Origin: Eledone cirrhosa | Taxonomy: Eukaryota | Length of the DNA stretch: 64,000 bases | Assembly (NCBI GenBank): GCA_964016885.1 | Contig: OZ024740.1 | Coordinates: 70,060,001 to 70,124,000 of the forward strand | Direction: 5' to 3' | In this document: in pieces, positions 43,684 through 56,139 of the stretch | Numbering within the stretch: position 1 is the stretch's first letter | Layout of the letters: every line of letters starts with the position of its first letter | Position numbers and translations under genes: made by a program | The notes under the pieces: model-generated | The model's input: only the letters and a program-made list of their open reading frames with translations | What the model was told of the DNA's origin: nothing | Databases searched by the model: none

Positions 43684-45513
43684 TTATGAAATGTCTGTGT
43701 GTTCAATTCTGTAAGTCATTAGTTTCTTGTTGTGTGTATTTATTGCCGTGCATTTGTTTTTCTGGGGGTGGGGTGTGGTTCTGCTATTTTCTTGTCGTTG
43801 TTGCTGGGTGTGTGTGTTTTGTTGTTGTGTTTGCGATGTTGGTGCTTGTGGTGGTGGTGTTGAAGGTGTTGTTGGCGGTGGGGTTGTCGCCGGTGGTGAT
43901 GGTGGTGCTAGTGTGGGTGGTGATGGTGTTGGTGGTGTTGCTGCTGTGAGTCTCTTTGCAGTAGACTTTACCCTTTTCTCATTTCTTTCCTCCCTTTTCA
44001 AAGGCGACGATGCGCTGCTTCTGCGTTTGTGCCTTCTTACGACCTTTTGCCATCCCTCTCCCACCTCACACTCCATGTCTGATTCTGTGAGGTCGGGGAG
44101 GGGTACCAGCTCCACTCTTTCACTTGTTGTTGTTGTTGATGTTTGCGGTGGAGTCTCTGTTGCAGCTGCAGTTGGTATTACTGTTGTTGTTGTTAATACT
44201 TCCATTGCTGCTGCTGTTCTTGATTTCCGTGGCGTGGGTATGGGTGCCACGGACCTATCGTTCCTGGTTGCCGCTTGTCCTGTTGCGGATAGCCGTGGAG
44301 CCGGTTTCGGAAGGAGGGGGGTTTCCTCCTTTCTCAGGGTCTTCTCGTTGCAGAAGGCTCTGAGGTGAATCTTTGATCCACAGCGAAAGCATTTCGGGCG
44401 TTTGCCCTCAACACTTATGGGCAGTTGAGTGCCGTTATCGAAGTCTATCACATCCGGGATAGCTTCGATGCACTCCTGGTTGGTTTGGATTAGCATCTCA
44501 ATGGAGGTGCCGACCCAATCTTCTCTTACTTTTTTCTGTACTTGCAGTACAGTTGTTTTGTCCTCGATTCCGACGAGGACAGACGTGGCCAGCCAAGAAG
44601 GGGCCATCCCGGGGGGGACGTGGGTCAGTTTGACCCTCACAATTTTTTGCCCGCAGTAGGAGGGCACCAACACCATTTTCTCGCTCCTTAGGGTCACTAC
44701 GGATTGAGCCTTTGCCTCCTGGGGTGTGGAAAAAAGTACGTCTACGGTGGCATATTTTTCGCCTCGGGTGATGTGCGTTTTCCGCTGCCACACAGACCCC
44801 AAGGCTTTTTGTATTTGAGCCTCTGTGGCTCTTTCAACCCTACGGGATTTTGTACTTACTGTACGGTACGTGACCGTACAGTGCTGTTGGGTTTCGAAAA
44901 AATTTTCCGCTGCCTTGCAGATTGCTCGGTGTCCAGTCTTTGTCACCATCTTCTTCGCTTCCTCTAATTCCTCATTTGTTATGAGGATTGTTTCCAGGTT
45001 TTTCGCAATACCTGCAAATGAGATTGGTTTTTCTTTGCTGCTGTTGTTGTTGTTGTCGTCAGAGCTGCTGTTACTTTTGTTGTTGCTGCAGGTACTACGA
45101 CTACTGCCTCCGCCGCTGTTGCTGTGGTTGTTGTTGGTGTTGCTGCTGCTAATGCTGTTGTTGTTTATGCTGCTGGTGATGCTGTTCCGGCTGCTACTGT
45201 TGTTTTCATTGTCACTGTTGCTGTTGTTATTACGGCTGCTACTGCTATTATTCCTGACGTCAGACGAATGAAATGGGTTTTCGTATTTCCCGCACACCTG
45301 TTTCGTCGTTGTCGTCGTCGTCGTGGAGAAATCTTGCACGCTTTGCACGAGACTTTTCTTTTTTGTCGTCGCTTGCGAAAGAGAAGGGAGGGAGAGAGAC
45401 ACATTTAAAGAAGGGAGGGAGAGAGACAATCTTCTCTCTGCTGTAGTGATGATTGAGGAAGAAGAAGACGGAATGAGTGGGTGTGACCTATGAAAATTCT
45501 TTTTCGTAGCCAT
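43684..45513 (-). CDS. ORF1 (gag-like nucleic-acid-binding protein with CCHC zinc knuckle) of Tx1-like LINE
   Basis: Open frame from the ATG at 45513 (MATKKNF...). Contains CFRCGSKIHLRAFC (CX2CX4HX4C), WQKVVRRHKRR and low-complexity N/S and P/T tracts. Lies upstream of ORF2. Confidence 0.85.
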   Translation of the reverse strand: MATKKNFHRSHPLIPSSSSSIITTAERRLSLSLPSLNVSLSLPSLSQATTKKKSLVQSVQDFSTTTTTTTKQVCGKYENPFHSSDVRNNSSSSRNNNSNSDNENNSSSRNSITSSINNNSISSSNTNNNHSNSGGGSSRSTCSNNKSNSSSDDNNNNSSKEKPISFAGIAKNLETILITNEELEEAKKMVTKTGHRAICKAAENFFETQQHCTVTYRTVSTKSRRVERATEAQIQKALGSVWQRKTHITRGEKYATVDVLFSTPQEAKAQSVVTLRSEKMVLVPSYCGQKIVRVKLTHVPPGMAPSWLATSVLVGIEDKTTVLQVQKKVREDWVGTSIEMLIQTNQECIEAIPDVIDFDNGTQLPISVEGKRPKCFRCGSKIHLRAFCNEKTLRKEETPLLPKPAPRLSATGQAATRNDRSVAPIPTPRKSRTAAAMEVLTTTTVIPTAAATETPPQTSTTTTSERVELVPLPDLTESDMECEVGEGWQKVVRRHKRRSSASSPLKREERNEKRVKSTAKRLTAATPPTPSPPTLAPPSPPATTPPPTTPSTPPPQAPTSQTQQQNTHTQQQRQENSRTTPHPQKNKCTAINTHNKKLMTYRIEHTDIS

Positions 45514-47832
45514 GTTGTTTTTTTTGTTTAAAATAAATATTGGGCACAAAACCCCAATAAGCAGTTATTTAATCCCGAAGGGCCAAATAACGGGCAAAAA
45601 GACCCCTCTCACGAGGAGGGGGGTGTTTTTGTCTACAAGTTCGTTAAAGTTTTAAACAATTTACAATTGTTATAGCGTTCAAAATTTACAATACCTTACA
45701 GAGCCGAGCCTCCGTCAACCATAGCATTCAATAATAATAATAATAATAAAATTAATAATAAGGCGCTACTGATAACACGCAACTCAGCACAACCTTTCAT
45801 ATTTTTGGTCGTCGGTGACTGAACCGTCAAACCCACCAAGCTTCCTTGGTGAGCAGGGTCAATATTGGACACCCTGCGGAATGAAAAGTTCCGAGGAATT
45901 TAGAGGAGACAATGGCCATCCAAAAACAGGCGGACAGAACACATTTACCTTGATTGGCTAGGAGAAAGCACACTGATTTAAAATCTGGGGTAGATGGGTG
46001 TCCTTGTCCACCAGAGTAACAACCATTCAAGTAGTCAACAGCTTCAACCATTCTAGTTGTCAACTATGGATATACACTTGGCAAATATCCATGGTCGGTG
46101 ACCCACAGAAATTAGGATAGGAATTCTCCCCCTTTATGGGTAGAAAGAAGTTAACAATCTTGCTAGAGATGATGTCTCGATAAAAATACTGGTTGGTGGC
46201 TAACCTTAAAATACCAACCTCAATATTGAGAGAAAATGTCTAATATAAATGTATTGAATAATGCTCTTAATGAAGCTGAAACCAACGATGAAGGTAGGTG
46301 TCTTGTGTTTGAGCATCGCAGTCTGTTTGTCATCCATAGTCTTCTCATAATCAAAGTAAGAGAAAAACGTGGGACAAGGAGTTGAACCGAATTGTAATTG
46401 AGTACTTTATCAGAGGTGAACCCAGTAAAAGCGGATTCTGAAAGGGCATGAAATCAAAATGGAATGAAATAGGACTCTTTGAAATAGGTCATCAAAGGTT
46501 AGCCAATCAGGAAAGAGTATAATTCACCGCTATAACATGGTGATGCCAATAAATAAATCTGTTTATGGTTAGTAACATTTCTCGAACTTAGTAAAATCTG
46601 TGAGAGAATTACCTAACAATGTTACAGTTGGTATTTTTGGAATGTTTCTGTCTATCTTTGGAGATAATGTGCGAATGTCTTTTAAGAAATGGCTATGTAT
46701 CATTTTAATTGTATCGATTACAAATGGTATGATATACATATTCCTTAACAACCGTAGTTATTTCATAGCTTTCCATATCGCTTATATACAATAGTATAGT
46801 CATTCCTTATGTTATATAAAATAATTTCAGATTTCTTATATATCTGGTGGTCTTTCTGTATGTAAAGCTCCTGAGAATTGTTGCATTGTCAATTTCTAAG
46901 ACTAGATGGAATTATGAGTACAGGAGAGATTTTCCTGTAACAATTGAGATGTGGCGGCTGGATATTGCTACATTACTGTATTTCCAAAGATATTTTATCA
47001 GGCCTCGTGTGGGATAAATGTGGAGAAATAGACGATGTTTGTTCTGGTTTACTACACTCTGAGTTCAAATCCTGCCGAGTTCAACTTTGCCATTAATCCT
47101 TTTGAGGTGGCTAAATAAAATACCAAGTAAATATTAGGGCCGATACTTCCTCTCTATTTCTTTCTCAACCCTCTCTTTTCCGTTTCTCTCTATTACTCTC
47201 TTATTCTTTCTCGTTCTCTCTCACGCTCTCTCTTCATCTCTGTTTTTTTTTTAACTGGATATAATAGGCTGTATTCCAACCTTGAGAAGAATGGGCTCCA
47301 CGGGGTTTAAACAACCATAGACAACATTGTACTTCAGGACTGTGCTTCTACGACTCCACCAGGAATTAAGACTACTAAATCATTACTTTCGTATAGTGGG
47401 ACATCGTGAATATTTGTATATGGAAATGCTGTAATTTGTCTTATGTCTCATAGCATTGCAAAATTTATCATAGCAATTTTTTCAATATATCTGACGCGGT
47501 CATCTACTCCTATATCCATATATAGCTTCTTCTGCTGTCCCCTTTGCGCATATTTTGTGCAACCAGACCAGAGATATATGAGGCATCCAGTTTGCTAAAA
47601 TACTGTGCATATAAAGGCAATCCAATATGGTTGTTAGCCCCAGTTGAGTTATGTGCCATTGGTGTGTTTGGTTTTACTACTTCCGCTACTGCTACGACTG
47701 CCGCATTAGGTTCAGACCGTAGCTGTTTGAAGTCTACGCCAATTTCTTGTGAGGATTTTTTTTCTACAGATATTATAGATATTATTTACTTTTAATATTG
47801 TTAATGTCATTATAATTATTACTGTAATTCTT

Positions 47833-47837
47833 CTACT

Positions 47838-47903
<66 letters not shown>

Positions 47904-47921
47904 TTTCTTCTTCTTCTTCTT

Positions 47922-47952
<31 letters not shown>

Positions 47953-48000
47953 TTCTTATTCTTCTTCTTATTCTTATTCTTATTCTTATTCTTCTTATTC
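47833..48000. repeat. Compound (TAC)n(TTC)n(TTCTTA)n microsatellite
   Basis: Direct reading of the sequence. Confidence 0.95.
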
Positions 48001-48346
48001 TCCTCCTATTCCATTGTTATGATTATGAATCTCATTTTTCTTCTGAAACTACAATCTCCATTGAAATGATATATTATATTTTGTTTCTTTGTAATATTTA
48101 TGATAAGGTGACAATAAATTCGATTGAGTTTCATTAAAAATTGATCAAGTGGAGATAGTATCTGATAGTCCTTGTGTTAACAAACATGAGCCAACCATAA
48201 GCTCTTCTTCGATGATTTTAGAATGTAAAATTTATTTGAATAATAAATGAAAATATCAGACATTTAAATCCCCCAAGAAAATATAGAGACAAAATGAAGA
48301 GTACACAGATTAAAAAGGCAGACTGACAGATATTCTCTTCTCTTCA

Positions 48347-48415
<69 letters not shown>

Positions 48416-48458
48416 TAATATAACAGATTAAAGTTTAAGCAAAGAATCGCTGCTTTAT

Positions 48459-48494
<36 letters not shown>

Positions 48495-48507
48495 TTAATA
48501 TAGATGA

Positions 48508-48556
48508 GATTCTACAGGACTAGAACTGTTTCATTCTTTAGAAATCATCAGGAATC
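48508..48556 (-). ncRNA. Type I hammerhead ribozyme in a short non-coding element (48490-48627)
   Basis: Minus strand reads GATTC-CTGATGA-TTTC TAAA GAAT-GAAA-CAG TTCTAGTC CTG-TA-GAATC. Five-bp stem I, a true helix III, GUA site. Confidence 0.85.
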
Positions 48557-48626
48557 AACTTTTATACTCTGCTATGTATTGAGTACCTTACTTACTGTGG
48601 TTACCTCCGATTCAACCCGGAATAAC

Positions 48627-48756
<130 letters not shown>

Positions 48757-48846
48757 CTATCTATCTCTCTATCTCTATCTCTCTATCTCTCTCCCTATCC
48801 CCCCTTTCTTCCTCTTTCTCTCTCTATCTCTACCTCTCTATGCGTT

Positions 48847-48914
<68 letters not shown>

Positions 48915-48916
48915 GC

Positions 48917-48981
<65 letters not shown>

Positions 48982-49259
48982 TATGCGTGTGTGTGTGCGT
49001 GCGTGTGTACATGTGTATGTGTAGATAGATTATATATATTTATATATGTGTGTGTGTCCGTGTGTATGTGTGCGTGTTTGTGTATATGTGTATATACATT
49101 ATATATAAACATATGTGTGTGTGTGTGTGTGCGCGCATGTGTGTATATATTTATATTTATATATATATACACACATATATATTTATAACATATATACATA
49201 CATACACACACACACACACATATATGCAAACACACGCAAACACCCACACATATATATAA

Positions 49260-49305
<46 letters not shown>

Positions 49306-49565
49306 ATATATGTTATAAATATATATGTGTGTGTGTGTGTGTGCGTGCGAGGGAGTGTGTGTGCGTGTATCTACATGGTGAGGAGAGTGCAAGTTAAGAT
49401 GTTAAGACAAATTAACTGATAAACACAATGACAGTTGTGTAGCCCTATGACTCAGCAATGCAAACATGAAGGAACATATTAGACGTTCACCGCTCTTTCT
49501 CTCTCTCTTACTCTCTCTGCCTCTCTTAGTCTCTATCTCTTTTTCTCTCTCTCTCACTCTCTCTC

Positions 49566-49640
<75 letters not shown>

Positions 49641-49732
49641 AAATGAAATAAATAAGTCAAATGTTTAAAATTTGCCTTCGTTTATTACAAGCAACATATA
49701 CTAAAAAAAAAAACATATATATATATATATAT

Positions 49733-49898
49733 ATGAGATTCTACAGGACTAAAACTGTTTCATTCTGATTTCTTATGATTTCTAAAGAATGAAACTGTTC
49801 TAGTCCTGTAGAATCTCATCTATATTAAAACTTTTATACTCTGCTATGTATTGAGTACCTTACTTACTGTGGTTACCTCCGATTCAACCCGGAATAAC
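49733..49898 (+). repeat. Second copy of the 48490 family, with a short inverted head and a mutated HHR (CTTATGA) at 49767-49815
   Basis: Shares the HHR and the tail CTTTTATACTCTGCTATGTATTGAG...CCCGGAATAAC with 48490-48627. Confidence 0.8.
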
Positions 49899-49901
49899 TT
49901 A

Positions 49902-49998
<97 letters not shown>

Positions 49999-50155
49999 TG
50001 GAATAAATGCTCTGAAATAGCGATATATATGTGAATATAGACATAGAATATTCGAAAATATTCTGTATGTTTATAATAAACATTTTGAAGACCTAATCGC
50101 TATAGAATAGAATACGTCACGTATTACAATTAGATTCTCGATAAAAGCAAGGGAA

Positions 50156-50198
50156 GTAATCTACGCGTTTCATTCTCGTTAGAAATCATCAGGACTAC
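50156..50198 (-). ncRNA. Type I hammerhead ribozyme (second minus copy at 50466-50508)
   Basis: Reverse complement of the 50910 motif. Confidence 0.9.
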
Positions 50199-50909
50199 AT
50201 ATCCAGTGCTTTTATCGAGAATGACACAGCTAGAGACTTATAGAATACTTAGCTGTGTACAGGAACTGGTTTGAAAGAGCGGTTGCCGGTCCGGCAGAAA
50301 TTAGAAATTGGAATAAATGCTCTGAAATAGCGATATATATGTGAATATAGACATAGAATATTCGAAAATATTCTGTATGTTTATAATAAACATTTTGAAG
50401 ACCTAATCGCTATAGAATAGAATACGTCACGTATTACAATTAGATTCTCGATAAAAGCAAGGGAAGTAATCTACGCGTTTCATTCTCGTTAGAAATCATC
50501 AGGACTACATATCCAGTGCTTTTATCGAGAATGACACAGCTAGAGACTTATAGAATACTTAGCTGTGTACAGGAACTGGTTTGAAAGAGCGGTTGCCGGT
50601 CCGGCAGAAATTAGAAATTGGAATAAATGCTCTGAAATAGCGATATATATGTGAATATAGACATAGAATATTCGAAAATATTCTGTATGTTTATAATAAG
50701 CATTTTGAAGACCTAATCGCTTTATAAACATACAGAATATTTTCGAATATTCTATGTCTATATTCACATATATATCGCTATTTCAGAGCATTTATTCCAA
50801 TTTCTAATTTCTGCCGGACCGGCAACCGCTCTTTCAAACCAGTTCCTGTACACAGCTAAGTATTCTATAAGTCTCTAGCTGTGTCATTCTCGATAAAAGC
50901 ACTGGATAT

Positions 50910-50952
50910 GTAGTCCTGATGATTTCTAACGAGAATGAAACGCGTAGATTAC
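50910..50952 (+). ncRNA. Type I hammerhead ribozyme (further copies at 51220, 51530 and 51840)
   Basis: GTAGTC-CTGATGA-TTTCT AACG AGAAT-GAAA-CGCG-TA-GATTAC with palindromic ACGCGT. Stem I is extended by a perfect 16-bp ATTCTCGATAAAAGCA/TGCTTTTATCGAGAAT. Confidence 0.93.
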
Positions 50953-52002
50953 TTCCCTTGCTTTTATCGAGAATCTAATTGTAATACGTGACGTATTCTA
51001 TTCTATAGCGATTAGGTCTTCAAAATGTTTATTATAAACATACAGAATATTTTCGAATATTCTATGTCTATATTCACATATATATCGCTATTTCAGAGCA
51101 TTTATTCCAATTTCTAATTTCTGCCGGACCGGCAACCGCTCTTTCAAACCAGTTCCTGTACACAGCTAAGTATTCTATAAGTCTCTAGCTGTGTCATTCT
51201 CGATAAAAGCACTGGATATGTAGTCCTGATGATTTCTAACGAGAATGAAACGCGTAGATTACTTCCCTTGCTTTTATCGAGAATCTAATTGTAATACGTG
51301 ACGTATTCTATTCTATAGCGATTAGGTCTTCAAAATGTTTATTATAAACATACAGAATATTTTCGAATATTCTATGTCTATATTCACATATATATCGCTA
51401 TTTCAGAGCATTTATTCCAATTTCTAATTTCTGCCGGACCGGCAACCGCTCTTTCAAACCAGTTCCTGTACACAGCTAAGTATTCTATAAGTCTCTAGCT
51501 GTGTCATTCTCGATAAAAGCACTGGATATGTAGTCCTGATGATTTCTAACGAGAATGAAACGCGTAGATTACTTCCCTTGCTTTTATCGAGAATCTAATT
51601 GTAATACGTGACGTATTCTATTCTATAGCGATTAGGTCTTCAAAATGTTTATTATAAACATACAGAATATTTTCGAATATTCTATGTCTATATTCACATA
51701 TATATCGCTATTTCAGAGCATTTATTCCAATTTCTAATTTCTGCCGGACCGGCAACCGCTCTTTCAAACCAGTTCCTGTACACAGCTAAGTATTCTATAA
51801 GTCTCTAGCTGTGTCATTCTCGATAAAAGCACTGGATATGTAGTCCTGATGATTTCTAACGAGAATGAAACGCGTAGATTACTTCCCTTGCTTTTATCGA
51901 GAATCTAATTGTAATACGTGACGTATTCTATTCTATAGCGATTAGGTCTTCAAAATGTTTATTATAAACATACAGAATATTTTCGAATATTCTATGTCTA
52001 TA

Positions 52003-52043
<41 letters not shown>

Positions 52044-52112
52044 TATGAAGAGAGAAGAAACATTTAGATATAATTAGTAATAAAATGTATCATACCTAAA
52101 CTGCTCCTAGAT

Positions 52113-52202
52113 TCCTAGACTACGTAGTTTCGTGGCATAAACAAAAACAATACATCATAAAGATATAGAGTCCTTGCGAGGTCTGCCGACTTATCAAGAG
52201 GA
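52113..52202 (-). ncRNA. Hammerhead ribozyme, U3-A8 variant (minus arm)
   Basis: Reverse complement of the 52718 motif, with one stem I mismatch next to the cleavage site. Confidence 0.68.
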
Positions 52203-52717
52203 TACCTCATTTTACTAGCCTCAAGAACGCGTCTACACGACGTGAGAAAGAATCCCAAAAGGCGGAGGGGGTATTTATATCGAAGCCGCAGAAGAGGTGG
52301 TGAAGGAGGCGAGAAGTATGAGTAATGGCAGCTTTCCAGCACTCACCACACTTCAAAGATTACTCGACCAGAGGGAGTTATTAACAATATATTTAGAAAC
52401 ACACAGATACATGCGGACACACACATATACATGAATGCATCCACACCCAACCGCGAGTTAAGGGTGCCAACCTCACCGATGTTGCTCAATGGTGACTGCT
52501 GGAAAGCTGCCATTACTCATACTTCTCGCCTGCTTCACCACCTCTTCTGCGGCTTCGATATAAATACCCCCTCCGCCTCCGTGGTATTTTCTTCGGGGTT
52601 ATAAGAGGCTTAGCTCTGTTTCTCGACCGTTAAGTCGCGTGACTATCTCCCCCTCCGCCTTTTGGGATTCTTTCTCGCGTCGTGTAGACGCGTTCTTGAG
52701 GCTAGTAAAATGAGGTA

Positions 52718-52807
52718 TCCTCTTGATAAGTCGGCAGACCTCGCAGGGACTCTATATCTTTATGATGTATTGTTTTTGTTTATGCCACGAAACTACGTAG
52801 TCGAGGA
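52718..52807 (+). ncRNA. Type I hammerhead ribozyme, U3-A8 compensatory variant
   Basis: TCCTC-TTGATAA-GT(C)GGCA...TGCCAC-GAAA-CTACGTAG-TC-GAGGA. Palindromic ACTACGTAGT, GUC site. Confidence 0.82.
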
Positions 52808-53046
52808 ATCTAGGAGCAGTTTAGGTATGATACATTTTATTACTAATTATATCTAAATGTTTCTTCTCTCTTCATAATGTATTTTTAACTCTGATACTGG
52901 TTCAGTCTAGTTCAACCGGATTGGTCTGTCCCAGTCATTCATTGAGCAACATCGGTGAGGTTGGCACCCTTAACTCGCGGTTGGGTGTGGATGCATTCAT
53001 GTATATGTGTGTCCCCGCATGTATCTGTGTGTTTCTAAATATATTG

Positions 53047-53098
<52 letters not shown>

Positions 53099-53225
53099 AG
53101 TAATAATATTTTCGAATCAGCGAGCGAGTTTGAAATTATTATAAATGTAAGCTATCGCCGTATTTTGACTAAAGAAATTAAAGAAATTATGTAGCCTGAT
53201 AGTGGGGTTAAGAACCCTCAGGAAC

Positions 53226-53418
53226 GATCGACTTTCGTCAAATCGGACCGAGGAAACAATGTTTTCGTCGGTCTTTCCAGTTGCTAGTACTATCTAACAG
53301 GAGTAACGTGAAATAAAGTGTCTTGCTCAAGGACATAAAGCATCGCCCGGTCCGGGAATCGAACTCACTATCTCACGATTGCGAATCCAATTCTCTAAAC
53401 ACTCAGCCACACGCCTTC
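53226..53418 (-). mobile_element. tRNA-derived SINE with a CORE-like segment
   Basis: Minus strand reads GTGGCTGAGTGTTTAG (A box), GAGTTCGATTCCC (B box), then TGTCCTTGAGCAAGACACTT, which resembles the CORE-SINE motif. Confidence 0.8.
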
Positions 53419-53420
53419 AC

Positions 53421-53542
<122 letters not shown>

Positions 53543-53851
53543 GTGTGTGTCTGCATGTGTGTGTGTGTGAGTGTAGATATATAAATATATATCATACTTA
53601 TACACATGCGGGCGTGTCTTCTAAATGCACTGAAACAAAGATTCAACGACATGCGATTGGACTGAAACGTGTGCAACATTATGTATGTGTGTGTGCGTGT
53701 GTGTGTATGTATGTATCCATGTATATACCTATATACATGGATACATACATAAATACACACAAACACACACACATATATATTTATATATATATATATATAT
53801 ATTATGGAATACTGTTGACTACTTGCTACAATACTTTCTATACCTTTCATT

Positions 53852-53904
<53 letters not shown>

Positions 53905-54378
53905 AATAGATTTGTCTCTGCGTGTGTGTCTGTATGTGAAAGAGAGACGGGGGGGGGTGATAGAGAAAGAAAGAGACAGACAGGTAGACAGATAGAAGCA
54001 AAATTGACCCCAATATTAGACTAATACTTTCTATATTGACACCGAAAGGATGAAAAGCATAGATAAAATATGAACAGAGAAAGCAGACGGCTGGACCTAG
54101 TACCACAAAGATATTCTATCCGACACCCTAACAACTCTTATATATGTATGCATATATATATAGTTAGGAAATACTCTTCAGTTTAAATAATACATATTTC
54201 ATTTCTGTTATCGCTCGAGAATCATTGACGTGAAACTCAAAGATGTCAACTTTCAGGTTCAAATAAGTTTTATTTTATTTATGTGCTTGAATCTGTGTGT
54301 GTGTATCTGATTGTTTGTTTGCTTCTCTGTATGTGTATGCCTGTGTCTGTGTGTGTGTACGTGTGTGTGTGTGTGAGC

Positions 54379-54435
<57 letters not shown>

Positions 54436-54889
54436 TGCGTGTCTGTGACTGTGACTCAGCAGGTTGAGTTCTTCTTTTCGGACAGTGAACCTCCCCAACT
54501 AATGTCGATCAAATAGATCAGAAGTACATAAAAGTGATATATAGCTGCTATTTTCTTCTTTTCATTTTAAATAGGGTCCTCTGCTGATTGATAGACTCAA
54601 TAAACATGATAAATCTTGACAGCAGTTCTCAACCTTAGACCCCAGACGTTGAACAACTTTAAACCTAATAATAACTTCATCAGTTCATCCATTGCAATAT
54701 TCTACAATAAGGCAGCGAGTGCGCTCTTCGATCTACCAATGTATACATATGTATGTATGTATGATGTATGCATGTATGTATGAATGTATGTATGTATGTA
54801 TGAATACATGAATATATAAAGAGTGATATAAACACACACACGGGGACGTGAGATGAGAACACAATACCAAAGTAGTGTTTAGATAATGT

Positions 54890-55030
54890 TTATTATGGCT
54901 AAGTAACGAGTCTTGTTTCTCTGGATTTTCACCTATGCACTCGCAGGATCACTAGACAAGAGTCTCGTCTGATACTCGTATGAGTAGACAGGTGAAACTC
55001 CAGAGTAACAAGACTCACTACTTAGATATA
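54890..55030. repeat. Short inverted element with a deleted hammerhead relic (54960-55016)
   Basis: GAGTCTCGT-CTGAT[core incomplete]...GAAA-CTCCAGAG-TA-ACAAGACTC with a 9-bp imperfect stem I. An inverted copy lies at ~54900-54934. The same 3' half occurs at ~19605-19655 and ~29362-29405. Confidence 0.55.
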
Positions 55031-55329
55031 AAGGACATTTACACACTACTTCGGTATTGAGTCCTCGTCTCATATCCCTTAATATCACAAGCACATGTGT
55101 GTATATAATTGTATTTATATATGTGTGTGTGAGGAGGTAGCCATTTTTACTTGATATAATAGGCTAAATGAGTTGGGGGTCTATAACCCAATGAAAAATA
55201 AGTATCTGTATATGTCACTGTTATAACTAACTAACAGGCGGTTTTCTGCTAGCATATGTAGTATGCATATCGGTATTATACGCAAATATATATACATGTA
55301 AATTGAAAAGTAAATTGACAATATCTGCT

Positions 55330-55950
55330 TCTTCGCCCATGTATTTCTGAGAGGGTCGTGGGGGCAGAGTCCTTCTCAAATACTCCTTCCAGCGAGTCTG
55401 TCAGAAGCAAACATCTCTAACTGATCCAGCTGGGTCCCAAAGCGTGACCAGACAAGCTCATGGATGTTATCTAGCTGTCTTGCTCAGGGTCTACTTCTGG
55501 GTCTCTTGCCGGTTGGTTTTGCCTGTAAAATGTATTCAGAGATTCTTTACTGAGACATTCTAACCACATGCTCATAATATCGGAGTTGTGATCTCTCAAT
55601 TCGGAGAAGCGGCTCTACCAGGAGTGACTCTCTGGTCTCTGAGTTATGCACTTTGTCGGGTAACGTTACTCCAAAGAGCCTTCGGAGGAATCCCATTTCT
55701 GCCACTTTTATTTGCAATATTTGTATTCTTTTGGTCATTACTCAAGATTCATGATCCTCGGTAAGAGTTGGCAGGAATACCTGGAAGACACCGAGTTTGG
55801 CTTTTACACCTGGCGCATTACTGTATCAGCTTTTGCAATTCTTGCACTTAATTCAGCCTCCTGCATTCCATCACTCATGAACACGGCTCCAAGATACTTG
55901 AACTTCTCTAACTGCTTCAGTAGAACTCCATTCATATGTATATAAATTTG
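55330..55950 (-). pseudogene. 3' fragment of an RTE-clade non-LTR retrotransposon
   Basis: Minus-strand peptides LKQLEKFKYLG...ARIAKA, AEMGFLRRLFGVTLPDKVHNSETRESL...IERSQLRYYEHVVRM and GKRPRSRP. Confidence 0.85.
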
Positions 55951-56139
55951 AGGGTTTCTGTTCACCCGTCAATCCCACAATGTGTATGTGTTTGTGTGAA
56001 TGTATGTGTGTGTAAAAGGGAGGAAAGGGCTACACACATATATGTCTCTAACTTTAAAACAGTGACACACACACACACGTCTCTAATTTAAGAACGCCGA
56101 CAAAATCACGCGCGCGCACATACACACGCTGTCCTATTA

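Larger units (their letters stand above)
39767..45729 (-). mobile_element. Apparently full-length (~6 kb) Tx1/L1-clade non-LTR retrotransposon inserted in an (AAT)n tract
   Basis: ORF1 plus APE-RT ORF2. Flanked by near-identical (AAT)5AAAA(A/T)TAATAATAA at 39737-39765 and 45733-45761, a probable TSD. Confidence 0.93.
49993..52005. mobile_element. Retrozyme-like tandem array: 310-bp HHR-containing unit, ~2.3 copies on minus then ~4.1 copies on plus, with the inversion at ~50721
   Basis: Exact 310-bp period (49993/50303/50613; HHR cores at 50916/51226/51536/51846). Copies are essentially identical and the array is flanked by (TA)n on both sides. Confidence 0.95.
52041..53050. mobile_element. 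Non-coding retrozyme-like element: two diverging arms that are different circular permutations of a ~590-bp unit
   Basis: Minus arm 52041-52491 and plus arm 52497-53050. 52041-52341 is the reverse complement of 52497-52879, and ~52381-52491 is the reverse complement of ~52940-53050. Confidence 0.85.

Noticed and set aside
43727-45408. Plus-strand ORFs overlapping Tx1 ORF1, and similar antisense ORFs over the RT genes
   Set aside because: Antisense shadows of the real minus-strand or plus-strand coding frames.
45790-46750. Possible old LINE or gene relic next to the Tx1 5' end
   Set aside because: Only short ORFs and no diagnostic motif.
53226-53418. Functional tRNA gene
   Set aside because: A and B boxes are present but there is no cloverleaf. 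It continues into a CORE-like body and has a diverged second copy, so it is a SINE.
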